Position numbers and translations under genes: made by a program
Source: Patescibacteria group bacterium
GTDB lineage: Bacteria; Patescibacteriota; Patescibacteriia; UBA10025
NCBI GenBank assembly: GCA_041671025.1
Contig: JBAZCI010000002.1
Span: 3,801 to 67,800, forward strand
DNA: 64,000 nt
Reading direction: 5' to 3'
Notes under the pieces: model-generated
Told to the model about the DNA's origin: nothing
What the model saw: only the letters and a program-made list of their open reading frames with translations
Database searches by the model: none
Shown here: positions 10,231 to 18,866 of the stretch, one piece after another
Layout of the letters: each line of letters begins with the position of its first letter
Position numbering within the stretch: the stretch's first letter is position 1

Positions 10231-11217
10231 ATGAAACATATCGTGTTATCAGGAATTAAGCCTTCGGGTAAGCTCCACATCGGCAACTACCTCGGCGCTA
10301 TTAAGTCGTGGCTTGAATTGCAGGACGAGCATGAATGCATCTTTGGTATCATGGATTTGCATGCGCTGACTCAGGGTCCCAAGCCGGAAGATCTCCGTCA
10401 AGCGGTGTTCGATATCGCGGTTGATTACCTGGCCGCCGGTCTCGACCCGGAGAAATCAATCTTCATGGTTCAGTCATTCGTCCCCGAACACGCCGAGCTG
10501 GCCTGGATTTTTGACACGATCACGCCTATTTCATGGCTGGAACGCGTGCCGACATATAAGGACAAATCCAAACAGTACGCCGGAAGTCAGAATATCGGAC
10601 TACTCAATTATCCGGTGCTCATGGCGGCGGATATTCTCCTGTATAAATCAAACCTGGTGCCCGTCGGCGAAGACCAACTGCCTCATATCGAACTGACACG
10701 TGAAATTGCACGCACATTCAACGCTAAGTACGGACAATTCTTTCCCGAACCCGCGCATAAGCTGAGCCGGTCGGGAGCACGAATTATGAGCCTGACGCAT
10801 CCGGAAAAAAAGATGGAGAAGTCATTGGGTGAAAAAAATTATATCGCCCTTTCCGATACTCCGGAGATTATTGCAAAAAAACTTGCATCAGCCGTTACGG
10901 ACAGCGGCACAACGGGGGGCAAGGGAAAAGTACCCGGCGTCGCAAACCTCTTCGCCCTTGTGCATATTTTTTCGTCACCGGAGACCGCCGAAACATTTGA
11001 AGCCGCGTACCGGGCAAAAACAATCAAATATTCCGAGGTGAAGGCGAAACTCGCCGAAGACATCGCAGAATACTTTGAACCGTTTCGAAAACGGCGCGAT
11101 GAATTGCGCAAAAATCCGAAGCATGTGTGGGACGTACTGCGTGAAGGCAGTCTGCGGGCAAAAAAGATTGCTGAAAAAAATCTCAACCAGATCAAGAAGC
11201 TGGTCGGATTGCAATAA
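10231..11217 (+). CDS. trpS: Tryptophan--tRNA ligase
   Basis: HIGH-type motif GKLHIGNYLG, a KMSKS-type motif KKMEKS and class Ic TrpRS length (328 aa). Confidence 0.93.
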   Translation: MKHIVLSGIKPSGKLHIGNYLGAIKSWLELQDEHECIFGIMDLHALTQGPKPEDLRQAVFDIAVDYLAAGLDPEKSIFMVQSFVPEHAELAWIFDTITPISWLERVPTYKDKSKQYAGSQNIGLLNYPVLMAADILLYKSNLVPVGEDQLPHIELTREIARTFNAKYGQFFPEPAHKLSRSGARIMSLTHPEKKMEKSLGEKNYIALSDTPEIIAKKLASAVTDSGTTGGKGKVPGVANLFALVHIFSSPETAETFEAAYRAKTIKYSEVKAKLAEDIAEYFEPFRKRRDELRKNPKHVWDVLREGSLRAKKIAEKNLNQIKKLVGLQ

Positions 11218-11282
11218 CAGGCTCGGATCCCGTATCAGCGGGGTGTTTTGTTGTAAAAAAAAGACCGTCGAATCACCAACGG

Positions 11283-11804
11283 TCAGACAATGCTTGCGTA
11301 AAGTTTTGAGGTGCGCAGCTGTCCCTGTAACGTTACAAACGACGGTCGGGGCTGGATAAACCACCACGCTCGCGCATTAACGCCGGAGAGTGCGCGAACA
11401 GAGTCGTACAATGGGCCATATCGTTGTATGCCACCGATAAAAACGATATTCCCGGGTTTAATCGGCTCTGTAGGACGGGGTACGATAATAATTCGGACAT
11501 CGTGTAAAAATACATCATTATAGATGTACGAACACGAATGCAGCGGGTCCGGAAAAAATGCCTTTTCCGTCACCCAGAACAACATTTGCATATTACTGCC
11601 GGCCGTATCCACGTACGGCAAGGTGTCGACGATGACGCCTCCTCCATACGCTCTTTCAAGCAGATCTTCCTCTTCCATGCGCGCACTGTCGCGCATCCGA
11701 TCCGACAAATCGACTATAAAGGTGCTGGTGGATGACTGCAGTCCCCATGCAATCGCAAAGACAACGAGCACGACAACAGTCAACCTGAAACATTTGGTGT
11801 TCAT
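11283..11804 (-). CDS. Hypothetical secreted or membrane-anchored protein
   Basis: 173 aa with an N-terminal hydrophobic segment FRLTVVVLVVFAIAWGL. SD GGGAGG lies 7 nt upstream, a TTGACA-17-TAAGGT promoter lies upstream, and a hairpin plus T-run lies downstream (about 11255-11282). Confidence 0.55.
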   Translation of the reverse strand: MNTKCFRLTVVVLVVFAIAWGLQSSTSTFIVDLSDRMRDSARMEEEDLLERAYGGGVIVDTLPYVDTAGSNMQMLFWVTEKAFFPDPLHSCSYIYNDVFLHDVRIIIVPRPTEPIKPGNIVFIGGIQRYGPLYDSVRALSGVNARAWWFIQPRPSFVTLQGQLRTSKLYASIV

Positions 11805-11949
11805 GGCTTGTTCCTCCCGAAAAAGTGAAAATTAAGGTGCAGATATTGAAAGACCTTATCATCGCACGCCCAACCTGTCAACCGGCTGTGTACACAAAAA
11901 CCGGGCTTTCTTGAGCTCGTCCCGAAGCTTCCGTGATGTTCCCTCACTG

Positions 11950-12510
11950 CTACGCCCGCTCGACGTATTCTCCGGTATCCGTATTTATTCTGATTTTGTC
12001 CCCTGTTTTCACAAACAGCGGGACTTGGAGCGTGGCGCCGGTTTCAACCTTTGCAATCTTCATTACGCCCCCCTGAGCCGTATCTCCACGAACCGCAGGT
12101 TCGGTTTCTTTCACTTCTAAAACCACCTTCTTTGGCAGATCGATATTGACCGGATTCCCATTAAAAAGAAGAACATCAACTTCTAAATTTTCCTGAAGAA
12201 ATTTCACTTTGTCCCCGAGAGCGCTTTGCGGGACAAAAAACTGGTCATACGTGGCTGCATCCATGAAATGGCTGTTTTCACCTTCATGGTAAAGAAAGTT
12301 CGCCTTGCTCCGGGAAATATCCGCCAGTTCAATCGATTCGCCGCCTTTGAAGGTAAGCTTCAGTACGTTCGCGTTAATCAAATTACGCAGGGTCGTCCGC
12401 ATGATTCCCTTGCTTTGAGCCATTTTAATAAAATCGGTTTTGATAACGATATACGGCTCGTTCTGGTGAACGATATATCTGCCGACTGCGAGATCGCTAA
12501 TATTTGCCAT
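11950..12510 (-). CDS. efp: Elongation factor P
   Basis: 186 aa. N-terminus MANISDLAVGRYIVHQNEPYIVIKTDFIKMAQSKG and an OB-fold repeat organisation typical of EF-P. Confidence 0.93.
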   Translation of the reverse strand: MANISDLAVGRYIVHQNEPYIVIKTDFIKMAQSKGIMRTTLRNLINANVLKLTFKGGESIELADISRSKANFLYHEGENSHFMDAATYDQFFVPQSALGDKVKFLQENLEVDVLLFNGNPVNIDLPKKVVLEVKETEPAVRGDTAQGGVMKIAKVETGATLQVPLFVKTGDKIRINTDTGEYVERA

Positions 12511-12569
12511 AGAGGTAATATTAAATATAGTCCTCTACCTGCGTACAGGACTCAATGCCCCTCAAACCG

Positions 12570-12806
12570 TTAACGAGTCGTGAACGGAATAAGCGCCATC
12601 ATGCGCGCCCGTTTGACGGCTGTCGCAAGCTTGCGCTGATGCTTGGCGCATACAGCGGTTTTCTTGCGGGGAAGAATCTTTGCGTACGACGAAAGAAATT
12701 TCTTCAAAAGCCGTGCATCCTTATAATCGATTTCCGAAGCGGCGCTGATGCAAAAATAGCATGCGTCAGGGACTGGATTCTGTTTTGGCTGGCGATTGTT
12801 TATCAT
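12570..12806 (-). CDS. rpsR: 30S ribosomal protein S18
   Basis: CYFC...[50 protein letters not shown]. Confidence 0.9.
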   Translation of the reverse strand: MINNRQPKQNPVPDACYFCISAASEIDYKDARLLKKFLSSYAKILPRKKTAVCAKHQRKLATAVKRARMMALIPFTTR

Positions 12807-12809
12807 AGG

Positions 12810-13244
12810 TTAAAAAGGAATATCCTCAACATTGATTTCCGCTTCTCCTGCTGCAGGCGGTTGTGCGCCTTCAGCCGGTTCTACCGGAGCGCTTGCCGCG
12901 GCGCTATCTGATCGCTTATCAAGCATAATGACATTATCAGCGACAATCTCAGTCCGGTATCTTTTGGTTCCGCTTTGATCATCCCATGATCGGGTCTGCA
13001 GACGTCCCTCAACATAGATACGAGATCCTTTTTTGACATACTGACCGACAATTTCTGAGAGTTTCCTCCATGCCACAACATTGTGGAATTCCGCACGCTG
13101 CTGCTTGGCGCCTTGCTGGTCTTTCCATACCAAATTGGTGGCCACTCCGAAGGTCGCGACTGAAATACCGGAAGGCGTTGCGCGTACTTCGGGGTCCCGC
13201 GTCACGTTACCGATAATCATGACTTTATTGAGATCAATGGACAT
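12810..13244 (-). CDS. ssb: Single-stranded DNA-binding protein
   Basis: OB-fold N-terminus (KVMIIGNVTRDPEVR...FHNVVAWRKLSEIVGQYVKKGSRIYVEGRLQTRSW), a disordered tail and an acidic tip ending DIPF. Confidence 0.92.
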   Translation of the reverse strand: MSIDLNKVMIIGNVTRDPEVRATPSGISVATFGVATNLVWKDQQGAKQQRAEFHNVVAWRKLSEIVGQYVKKGSRIYVEGRLQTRSWDDQSGTKRYRTEIVADNVIMLDKRSDSAAASAPVEPAEGAQPPAAGEAEINVEDIPF

Positions 13245-13249
13245 AGAAG

Positions 13250-13753
13250 TTATCCTTTAAGTAACGGGTCATCGAGAAGCTCTTCAAGCTTCTTATCAAG
13301 CTCTTCGATATCTATTTTTTCCTGCTTCTTGGCCTCGGGCTTCTCTGCCGCCTTTTCCTTCGCAACCTTGGCAACCTCTTCCTGTTTTACTTTTTCAGAT
13401 TTAGCGATCCGTTTCGAGGCAATCTTTTCTTTAAGCATCCGCTCACTTTCGATCTGTTCAGCGGTCTTCACCTTCTTTTTCAATATCTGATGCCGTAAAA
13501 GAATCGGAAGGTGTCGGAGTTCTGTTTCCGCTTTGATCAGATCAGTCGGCTCCATATCAAATTCAGTCAAAATGTATACACCTTGGGTTTCCTTCTTGAT
13601 CGGATAGGCAAGTTTCTGCTGGGCAAATATTTCCTTTTTGGTCATTGCACCGCCTGCTTTTTCGACAATACCAACTACTTCCTGAATATGACCATCAAGC
13701 TCTTCTTGGGTAGCGCGTGCCGGCAGAACAAATAGCATCTCGTAGTGTTGCAT
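13250..13753 (-). CDS. rpsF: 30S ribosomal protein S6 with a long Lys/Glu-rich C-terminal extension
   Basis: MQHYEMLFVLP... S6 core. Conserved rpsF-ssb-rpsR gene order. About 70 aa of K/E-rich tail. Confidence 0.85.
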   Translation of the reverse strand: MQHYEMLFVLPARATQEELDGHIQEVVGIVEKAGGAMTKKEIFAQQKLAYPIKKETQGVYILTEFDMEPTDLIKAETELRHLPILLRHQILKKKVKTAEQIESERMLKEKIASKRIAKSEKVKQEEVAKVAKEKAAEKPEAKKQEKIDIEELDKKLEELLDDPLLKG

Positions 13754-13916
13754 GAATTTTAGCTAATATTAAACAAAAAAGATAAAAAAGAGATCGATCC
13801 GCAGGCAAGGTTGCGCTGACTGGATCGACTCTCACCCTATCATATATGCCGGGAGAGTGCAAGGCTTTACACCGATAAATGCTGGCGAATATGCGAAAGA
13901 TGGTATACTGCTGTAT

Positions 13917-15149
13917 ATGCATTCCACTCTTTTCATCTTCGGTGCACACCCTGCCCTGTCTTGCGCGGAACTGCGCAAGGTTATTCCTGAACCCTTGCGG
14001 CTTTTGAGCGTCGAAACCGCATTAGTGCAATCACAGAACCCGCCTGATGCTGTTGCACTGCAAACGCGCCTCGGAGGAACGATCAAAATTGCCCACATCA
14101 TCGAATCATTCCCTGCCGCTGAGCTCGAAAAAAAACTGACGACATCAAACATGCTCGCCAAATATTTCGCGCAAAGTACCGAAAAAATAATTTTCGGATT
14201 CAGTTGCTACGGGAAAATGCCGAGCACGGTCATAAACCGCGTTCGCAAAATTGGGTTTACAATCAAAAAGGGACTACAGCAGGATGAATTTTCAGCCAGG
14301 TTCCTTTTTGATCCGTCCGGGCATCTGCCGACAGCCACAGTGGCTAAAAGCAATATGATGCAAAGGGGCGCCGAAATCATCATCGTAGGCACGGAGGATG
14401 GCACGGTATACACCGCAACCACTGAAACCGTACAGGACTTCGAATCCTACAGCCACCGAGACTACGGACGCCCTGTTCGTGACACAAAAAGCGGGACACT
14501 CCCCCCAAAGCTCGCACAGATCATGATTAATTTTGCACAGGCTCCTACACATGCCGTTCTGTTGGATCCGTTTTGCGGATCAGGAACCGTCCTGCAGGAA
14601 GCGATCCAGCTCGGATACGCAAACGTAGTCGGTTCTGATATCAGCTCTAAAGCAATTGCGGATTCACGGACAAATCTGGAGTGGTACCTGAAAGCGTACG
14701 AGAATTCTCCCGCCCGAGAACTCCCCCGGCTGATTCAGCAGGACATCCGATCCCTGCCCGCCATACTCGAAGAACTGTCAGTGGATACGATTGTCACCGA
14801 ATCGTACCTGGGTCCGTCTCGTTCACGTTTTACATCCGCAGCTGTCCTGCAAAAAACAGTCGAGGAACTTACCAAATTATACCGGGATACATTTTCTGCG
14901 TTCGCTAAAATCCTCCGACCGAAGGGAACTATCGTTATCGCACTTCCTTTTTTCCTCCACGGCGGCCACAAAACACGGTTTGATATCATGACACTCGTGA
15001 GTATAAAAGTTTTTACACTCGAACAACTTCTCGATGCATCCGATGCGAACAAGTTGCTCGGTGTAGACCGACCGCAATACTCGCTTGAATACGCCCGATC
15101 CGACCAGCGCGTCGGACGGCAAATATTCATACTCAAGAAAAAAGGCTGA
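13917..15149 (+). CDS. SAM-dependent RNA/DNA methylase, UPF0020/Trm11-RlmL-like
   Basis: Motif I LDPFCGSGTVLQEA and the downstream TESYLGP motif. Start placed at MHSTLFIFGAHPALS, with TATACT 7 nt upstream and no SD. Confidence 0.75.
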   Translation: MHSTLFIFGAHPALSCAELRKVIPEPLRLLSVETALVQSQNPPDAVALQTRLGGTIKIAHIIESFPAAELEKKLTTSNMLAKYFAQSTEKIIFGFSCYGKMPSTVINRVRKIGFTIKKGLQQDEFSARFLFDPSGHLPTATVAKSNMMQRGAEIIIVGTEDGTVYTATTETVQDFESYSHRDYGRPVRDTKSGTLPPKLAQIMINFAQAPTHAVLLDPFCGSGTVLQEAIQLGYANVVGSDISSKAIADSRTNLEWYLKAYENSPARELPRLIQQDIRSLPAILEELSVDTIVTESYLGPSRSRFTSAAVLQKTVEELTKLYRDTFSAFAKILRPKGTIVIALPFFLHGGHKTRFDIMTLVSIKVFTLEQLLDASDANKLLGVDRPQYSLEYARSDQRVGRQIFILKKKG

Positions 15150-15165
15150 AGACAAAGCTTCAGCC
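15138..15165 (-). terminator. Rho-independent terminator read on the minus strand; its stem overlaps the stop of the convergent methylase gene
   Basis: GGCTGAAG (15144-15151) / CTTCAGCC (15158-15165). On the minus strand the hairpin is followed by T6 (15143-15138). Confidence 0.6.
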
Positions 15166-15472
15166 ACTAGTTGTAGTTTTCATGTTCCGAACCTCCTTCT
15201 GCGCACTTGATAGCAAACACGCAGTTTCATAATGGTGAAGAACCAGCATCTGCGCAGCAGATGATTGCACCGAGGATCAGATTTACTCAAAAACATCCCC
15301 TCCTCTCTCGGAACAGGACCGTGTGTAAGTCAACGTTCGTTTTTACCTGTACTCAGTATACCCTCTTTCGTGTACCGTCGTACATATCTGTGTCAAGATC
15401 GAGCAAAATCAACAAACACTAGATATCGGCCTGTATTCATAGGTTGGACAGTTGTTGATTTTAGAATCTATA

Positions 15473-15838
15473 TTACTGCTCAAATAGTTCTACCGGAAAT
15501 CCAGCAGGATCTTTGATAACGGCAAATTGCTTTACTGACATTCCCTTTGTTGGCGGTATGATAATCTTAATTTTATCTTTTTTAAGTTCCTGCAAGGTGT
15601 TTTCTAAATTTTTTACTTTGACGCCGAAATGATGTACTTCTACTATTTCAGGAAATAAAATTGTTTTGTTATTTGGGTGTAAAACAAGTTCTATACGGGA
15701 TCCTGTATCATCTTCCATCCAGACGCCAACGAGGTTTTGCTCGGGCTTTTCCCATTTATCAACTTTTCGGAACCCAAGTTTTTCGTAAAAGTTGCATGAC
15801 TGTTCAATATGAACGGCTGGAATTGCAAGATGATACAT
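15473..15838 (-). CDS. VOC / glyoxalase-bleomycin resistance family protein
   Basis: 121 aa. MYHLAIPAVHIEQSCNFYEKLGF...HHFGVKVKNLE...IKDPAGFPVELFE is a typical paired beta-alpha-beta-beta-beta module. Confidence 0.8.
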   Translation of the reverse strand: MYHLAIPAVHIEQSCNFYEKLGFRKVDKWEKPEQNLVGVWMEDDTGSRIELVLHPNNKTILFPEIVEVHHFGVKVKNLENTLQELKKDKIKIIIPPTKGMSVKQFAVIKDPAGFPVELFEQ

Positions 15839-15901
15839 ATGTATCTCATTTTACCCTTATAAGAGAAAACTAATCGCATCTTTTGGGATACGAGATGCGT
15901 G

Positions 15902-16948
15902 CTACCCCCCAATTCTAAAATAAATGACGTCTCCGTCCTGAACGATATACGTCTTGCCCTCAATGCGGGTCTTACCCTTCTCACGCGCACCCTGTTCGCC
16001 TCCGCACGCAAGCAAATCTTTCCAGTTGGTCACCTCGGCGCGGATAAACCTTTGTTCAAAGTCGCTGTGGATCTTGCCTCCCGCCTGAGGCGCCGTAGAG
16101 CCCCGGGTAACCGTCCACGCGCGCGTTTCATCCGGCCCCGCAGTCAAAAAAGTAACGAGGTCTAATAATTGATACGAGGAGACGATGAGCCGCTCCAAGC
16201 CGGTTTTTTGTAATCCTAAGCTTTGGAGAAATTCATGCGCATCCGCCTCGTTCATTTGAGCAAGCTCCGATTCGATCTTTGCGCTGATGACCAGATACCC
16301 CGGTCGTTCCTGGGTCACCGAGTCTTCGTCAACATTCATGACATAGAGCATCGGCTTCATAGTCAATAAATGCAGATCGGCAATATCTCGCTTCTCTTCG
16401 GGAGTTAACCCCGCCTCAGACAGCACTGCGCCCCCATCAAGTAATTTTTTAACTTTCTCATACACACTCACGAGACGCGTGCTTTCCTTGTCTCCCGATT
16501 TTGCCTTTGGCCTGGTATCGGACAATCGGCGTTCTACCGTCGCCAGATCGGCAAATATGAGCTCAAGAGTGATCGTTTGTTTATCCGCATCGGGATCCAC
16601 CTTTCCGTTGACATGAATGACATTCGTATCTGAAAATCCCCGAACTACCTGGCAGATCGCGTCTACGGAACGGATGTGAGACAAAAATTTATTTCCCAAA
16701 CCCTCGCCTTTGTGCGCCCCGGCGACCAGTCCCGCAATATCAACAAACTCGATGACGACCGGGACCGTCTTTTTTGAATCGTACAGCGCGGTTAATTTCT
16801 GCAGTCGGTCGTCCGGAACGGCAACCGTACCGACATTAGGATCAATCGTACAAAAAGGGAAATTTGACGCGTCAACCTGAAGCTTGGTGAGCGCATTAAA
16901 AAGCGTTGATTTTCCGACATTAGGTAAACCGACAATGCCAATTTGCAT
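15902..16948 (-). CDS. ychF: Ribosome-binding ATPase YchF
   Basis: MQIGIVGLPNVGKSTLFNALT (G1), DIAGLVAGAHKGEGLGNKFL and a C-terminal TGS-like domain. Confidence 0.93.
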   Translation of the reverse strand: MQIGIVGLPNVGKSTLFNALTKLQVDASNFPFCTIDPNVGTVAVPDDRLQKLTALYDSKKTVPVVIEFVDIAGLVAGAHKGEGLGNKFLSHIRSVDAICQVVRGFSDTNVIHVNGKVDPDADKQTITLELIFADLATVERRLSDTRPKAKSGDKESTRLVSVYEKVKKLLDGGAVLSEAGLTPEEKRDIADLHLLTMKPMLYVMNVDEDSVTQERPGYLVISAKIESELAQMNEADAHEFLQSLGLQKTGLERLIVSSYQLLDLVTFLTAGPDETRAWTVTRGSTAPQAGGKIHSDFEQRFIRAEVTNWKDLLACGGEQGAREKGKTRIEGKTYIVQDGDVIYFRIGG

Positions 16949-17108
16949 ATGGGTTGATTATACCATGCATCACACGATATCAAAGAGAACAACAGCATAT
17001 CACAATGCCCGTACAGTTTCCAATGCTCTCGTGAACGCGCGTTTCTTGCACTTTTCATGAAGGTTTCTTTGGTGTATACTATATGCGTATATTTTTATTA
17101 AAAAAAAT

Positions 17109-18086
17109 ATGTTTGAAAACGTACAACCGCGACAACCACAGGCACCTTCTGCTCCACGCACACAACCGCCAATCCGTCCCGCACAGCAGCCTATTGATCC
17201 GTTAGACCAGGTATCTCCGGTACCTTCCGCCACTCCACAAGCACGCAAAGATTGGGGCCCATGGAAACCAAAAGAGCCGGGAACATCTGCAGACCAGGAA
17301 GAGATCATGAAAACGCTCGGACAGTCGGGAACCCCCGTTCTGCCCCCGATTGGAGCACAGCCGCCATCCTCCGGTAAAAAGAAATTTATCATCATGGGAA
17401 TCATCATCATCTTGGTGGTGGGTGGTCTTGTCGCAGTCGCTGCGGTCGTATTGAAAAATATGAACGCGGAGAACACCAATACGACAAACACAACAAATAC
17501 CGTCAATACAAATACCGCGGCCAATGTGCCAACAAACATTCTGGGCAATGTACTCAACAATCAGGCGGCAAATACGAATACGCTGTTTGGCAACACGAAC
17601 TCCACGATAAACAATGCCATCCTGAATTCGCTCAATAATTCAAATACTAATTCCACAACGAACACCACGACAAATACCGAGGTAAACACAAACACGACCA
17701 ATACGAACACCGCAAACGTTAATGTCGCCGCAGACAGCGATAACGACGGTCTCACGGACCAGGAAGAAGCGATTTACGGGACGGATCGACTTAACCCCGA
17801 CACTGACGGTGACGGATATCTCGACGGCATCGAAGTTCAGGGCGGATTCAATCCTAATGGCACCGGCACGCTGTCAACAACGAACTCAAATGCAAACAGC
17901 AATACGAACACCGGGACAAATGTAAATTCAAATGCAGCGCTTGATAGCGATGGCGACGGACTGACAGACGAACAGGAAGCGCTCTACGGCACGGATAAGA
18001 ATAAAGCCGATACGGACGGTGACGGATATTCAGACGGTGACGAAATCCAGAACGGATTCAATCCAAACGGCGGCGGAAGATATTAA
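17109..18086 (+). CDS. Membrane-anchored low-complexity surface protein with two thrombospondin-type-3-like Ca-binding repeats
   Basis: Pro-rich N-terminus, one TM (FIIMGIIIILVVGGLVAVAAVVL) and an Asn/Thr-rich spacer. DSDxDGLTDxEEAxYGTDxxxxDTDGDGYxDGxExQxGFNPNG occurs twice (nt 17733-17861 and 17943-18071). Confidence 0.7.
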   Translation: MFENVQPRQPQAPSAPRTQPPIRPAQQPIDPLDQVSPVPSATPQARKDWGPWKPKEPGTSADQEEIMKTLGQSGTPVLPPIGAQPPSSGKKKFIIMGIIIILVVGGLVAVAAVVLKNMNAENTNTTNTTNTVNTNTAANVPTNILGNVLNNQAANTNTLFGNTNSTINNAILNSLNNSNTNSTTNTTTNTEVNTNTTNTNTANVNVAADSDNDGLTDQEEAIYGTDRLNPDTDGDGYLDGIEVQGGFNPNGTGTLSTTNSNANSNTNTGTNVNSNAALDSDGDGLTDEQEALYGTDKNKADTDGDGYSDGDEIQNGFNPNGGGRY

Positions 18087-18103
18087 TTGTTTCACCTTTT
18101 GAT

Positions 18104-18133
18104 AAACGTCTGCCTACGGCAGACGTTTTTGTT
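18104..18133 (+). terminator. Rho-independent terminator
   Basis: AAACGTCTGCC-tac-GGCAGACGTTT followed by TTTTTGTT. Confidence 0.8.
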
Positions 18134-18146
18134 ATTAGGAATATTC

Positions 18147-18166
18147 CCGCACCCTAGAAAGGGTGC
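18147..18166. repeat. GC-rich hairpin, GCACCCT...AGGGTGC family
   Basis: GCACCCT-agaa-AGGGTGC (18149-18166). In addition, CCGCACCCTAGA (18147-18158) is the inverted repeat of TCTAGGGTGCGG (18312-18323). Confidence 0.65.
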
Positions 18167-18184
18167 TCTCATAATACAGCACAG

Positions 18185-18200
18185 GCGCAGCGGCCTGCGC
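18185..18200. repeat. GC-rich hairpin, GCGCAG...CTGCGC family
   Basis: GCGCAG-cggc-CTGCGC. It is related to GCGCAGGC-ttccac-GCCTGCGC at 21549-21570, and both are preceded by ...AAT(A)CAG/CACAG. Confidence 0.6.
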
Positions 18201-18272
18201 TAGGTGGATGTTAATGATATAGAGTAGCCCGCTGAGGCTGCGGTGTTATTACATTCAACTAAGAGCACCATT

Positions 18273-18311
18273 CCCGCCTGCCTCGCCCGGAGCGAAGCAA
18301 TGGCGGGCGGG
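18273..18311. repeat. GC-rich hairpin CCCGCCTGCC...GGCGGGCGGG
   Basis: The 10-nt arms have one T/G position, which is a wobble if read as RNA. The loop contains CGAAGCAAT, which is also found in the 2295 element. Confidence 0.55.
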
Positions 18312-18332
18312 TCTAGGGTGCGGACCACGATA

Positions 18333-18866
18333 TTACGCAAACTTCACCGTCCCCCATGCCCGCAGTGCCTTGCGGATATGCTGAAAGGCGATGCGCGTCG
18401 GCGGACGATGCAAAGGAAACCACTTTGCCGCTGTAATATCATCAGCGGGCTTGAAGCGTCCTTTTTTGAGCTCAACTAAATAATAGACATTAAACACCTT
18501 TGCCGTAGGACCGATGTTTGAGTAGTAGATGTCAGGAAAAATGCCCAGCAATTTTTGTCGAGCAACGCCCACTCCCAATTCTTCGCGAAGTTCCCTTTTC
18601 ATACCAGATTCCGGATCTTCGTCCTCCTCCACAAACCCGCCGGGCACATCCCACCATCCTTTTTGTGGATCTACGGCCCGCTTCACAAGCAACACCTTCC
18701 CTTCACGTATAATAAGCGCTGAAGCCGCTGGCTTTGCATTTTGATAAAAAACGAAGCCGCATGCGGTGCACCATAGCCGGGCACGGCCTCCGATTTTTTT
18801 CGTCGTAAACCGGCTGCCGCATAACGGGCAGAAGGTAAATTGTGTTAAGCGTTTTGAATTTGGCAT
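18333..18866 (-). CDS. NUDIX hydrolase with an N-terminal zinc ribbon
   Basis: CPLCGSRF...WCTACGF zinc ribbon. Nudix box GGFVEEDEDPESGMKRELREELGV. Confidence 0.8.
   Translation of the reverse strand: MPNSKRLTQFTFCPLCGSRFTTKKIGGRARLWCTACGFVFYQNAKPAASALIIREGKVLLVKRAVDPQKGWWDVPGGFVEEDEDPESGMKRELREELGVGVARQKLLGIFPDIYYSNIGPTAKVFNVYYLVELKKGRFKPADDITAAKWFPLHRPPTRIAFQHIRKALRAWGTVKFA

Noticed and set aside
17000-17560. 186-aa minus-strand ORF overlapping the start of the 17109 surface-protein gene and the ychF upstream region.
   Set aside because: It is antisense to a better-supported gene, its composition is driven by the Pro/Thr/Asn repeats on the other strand, and it has no start signals.
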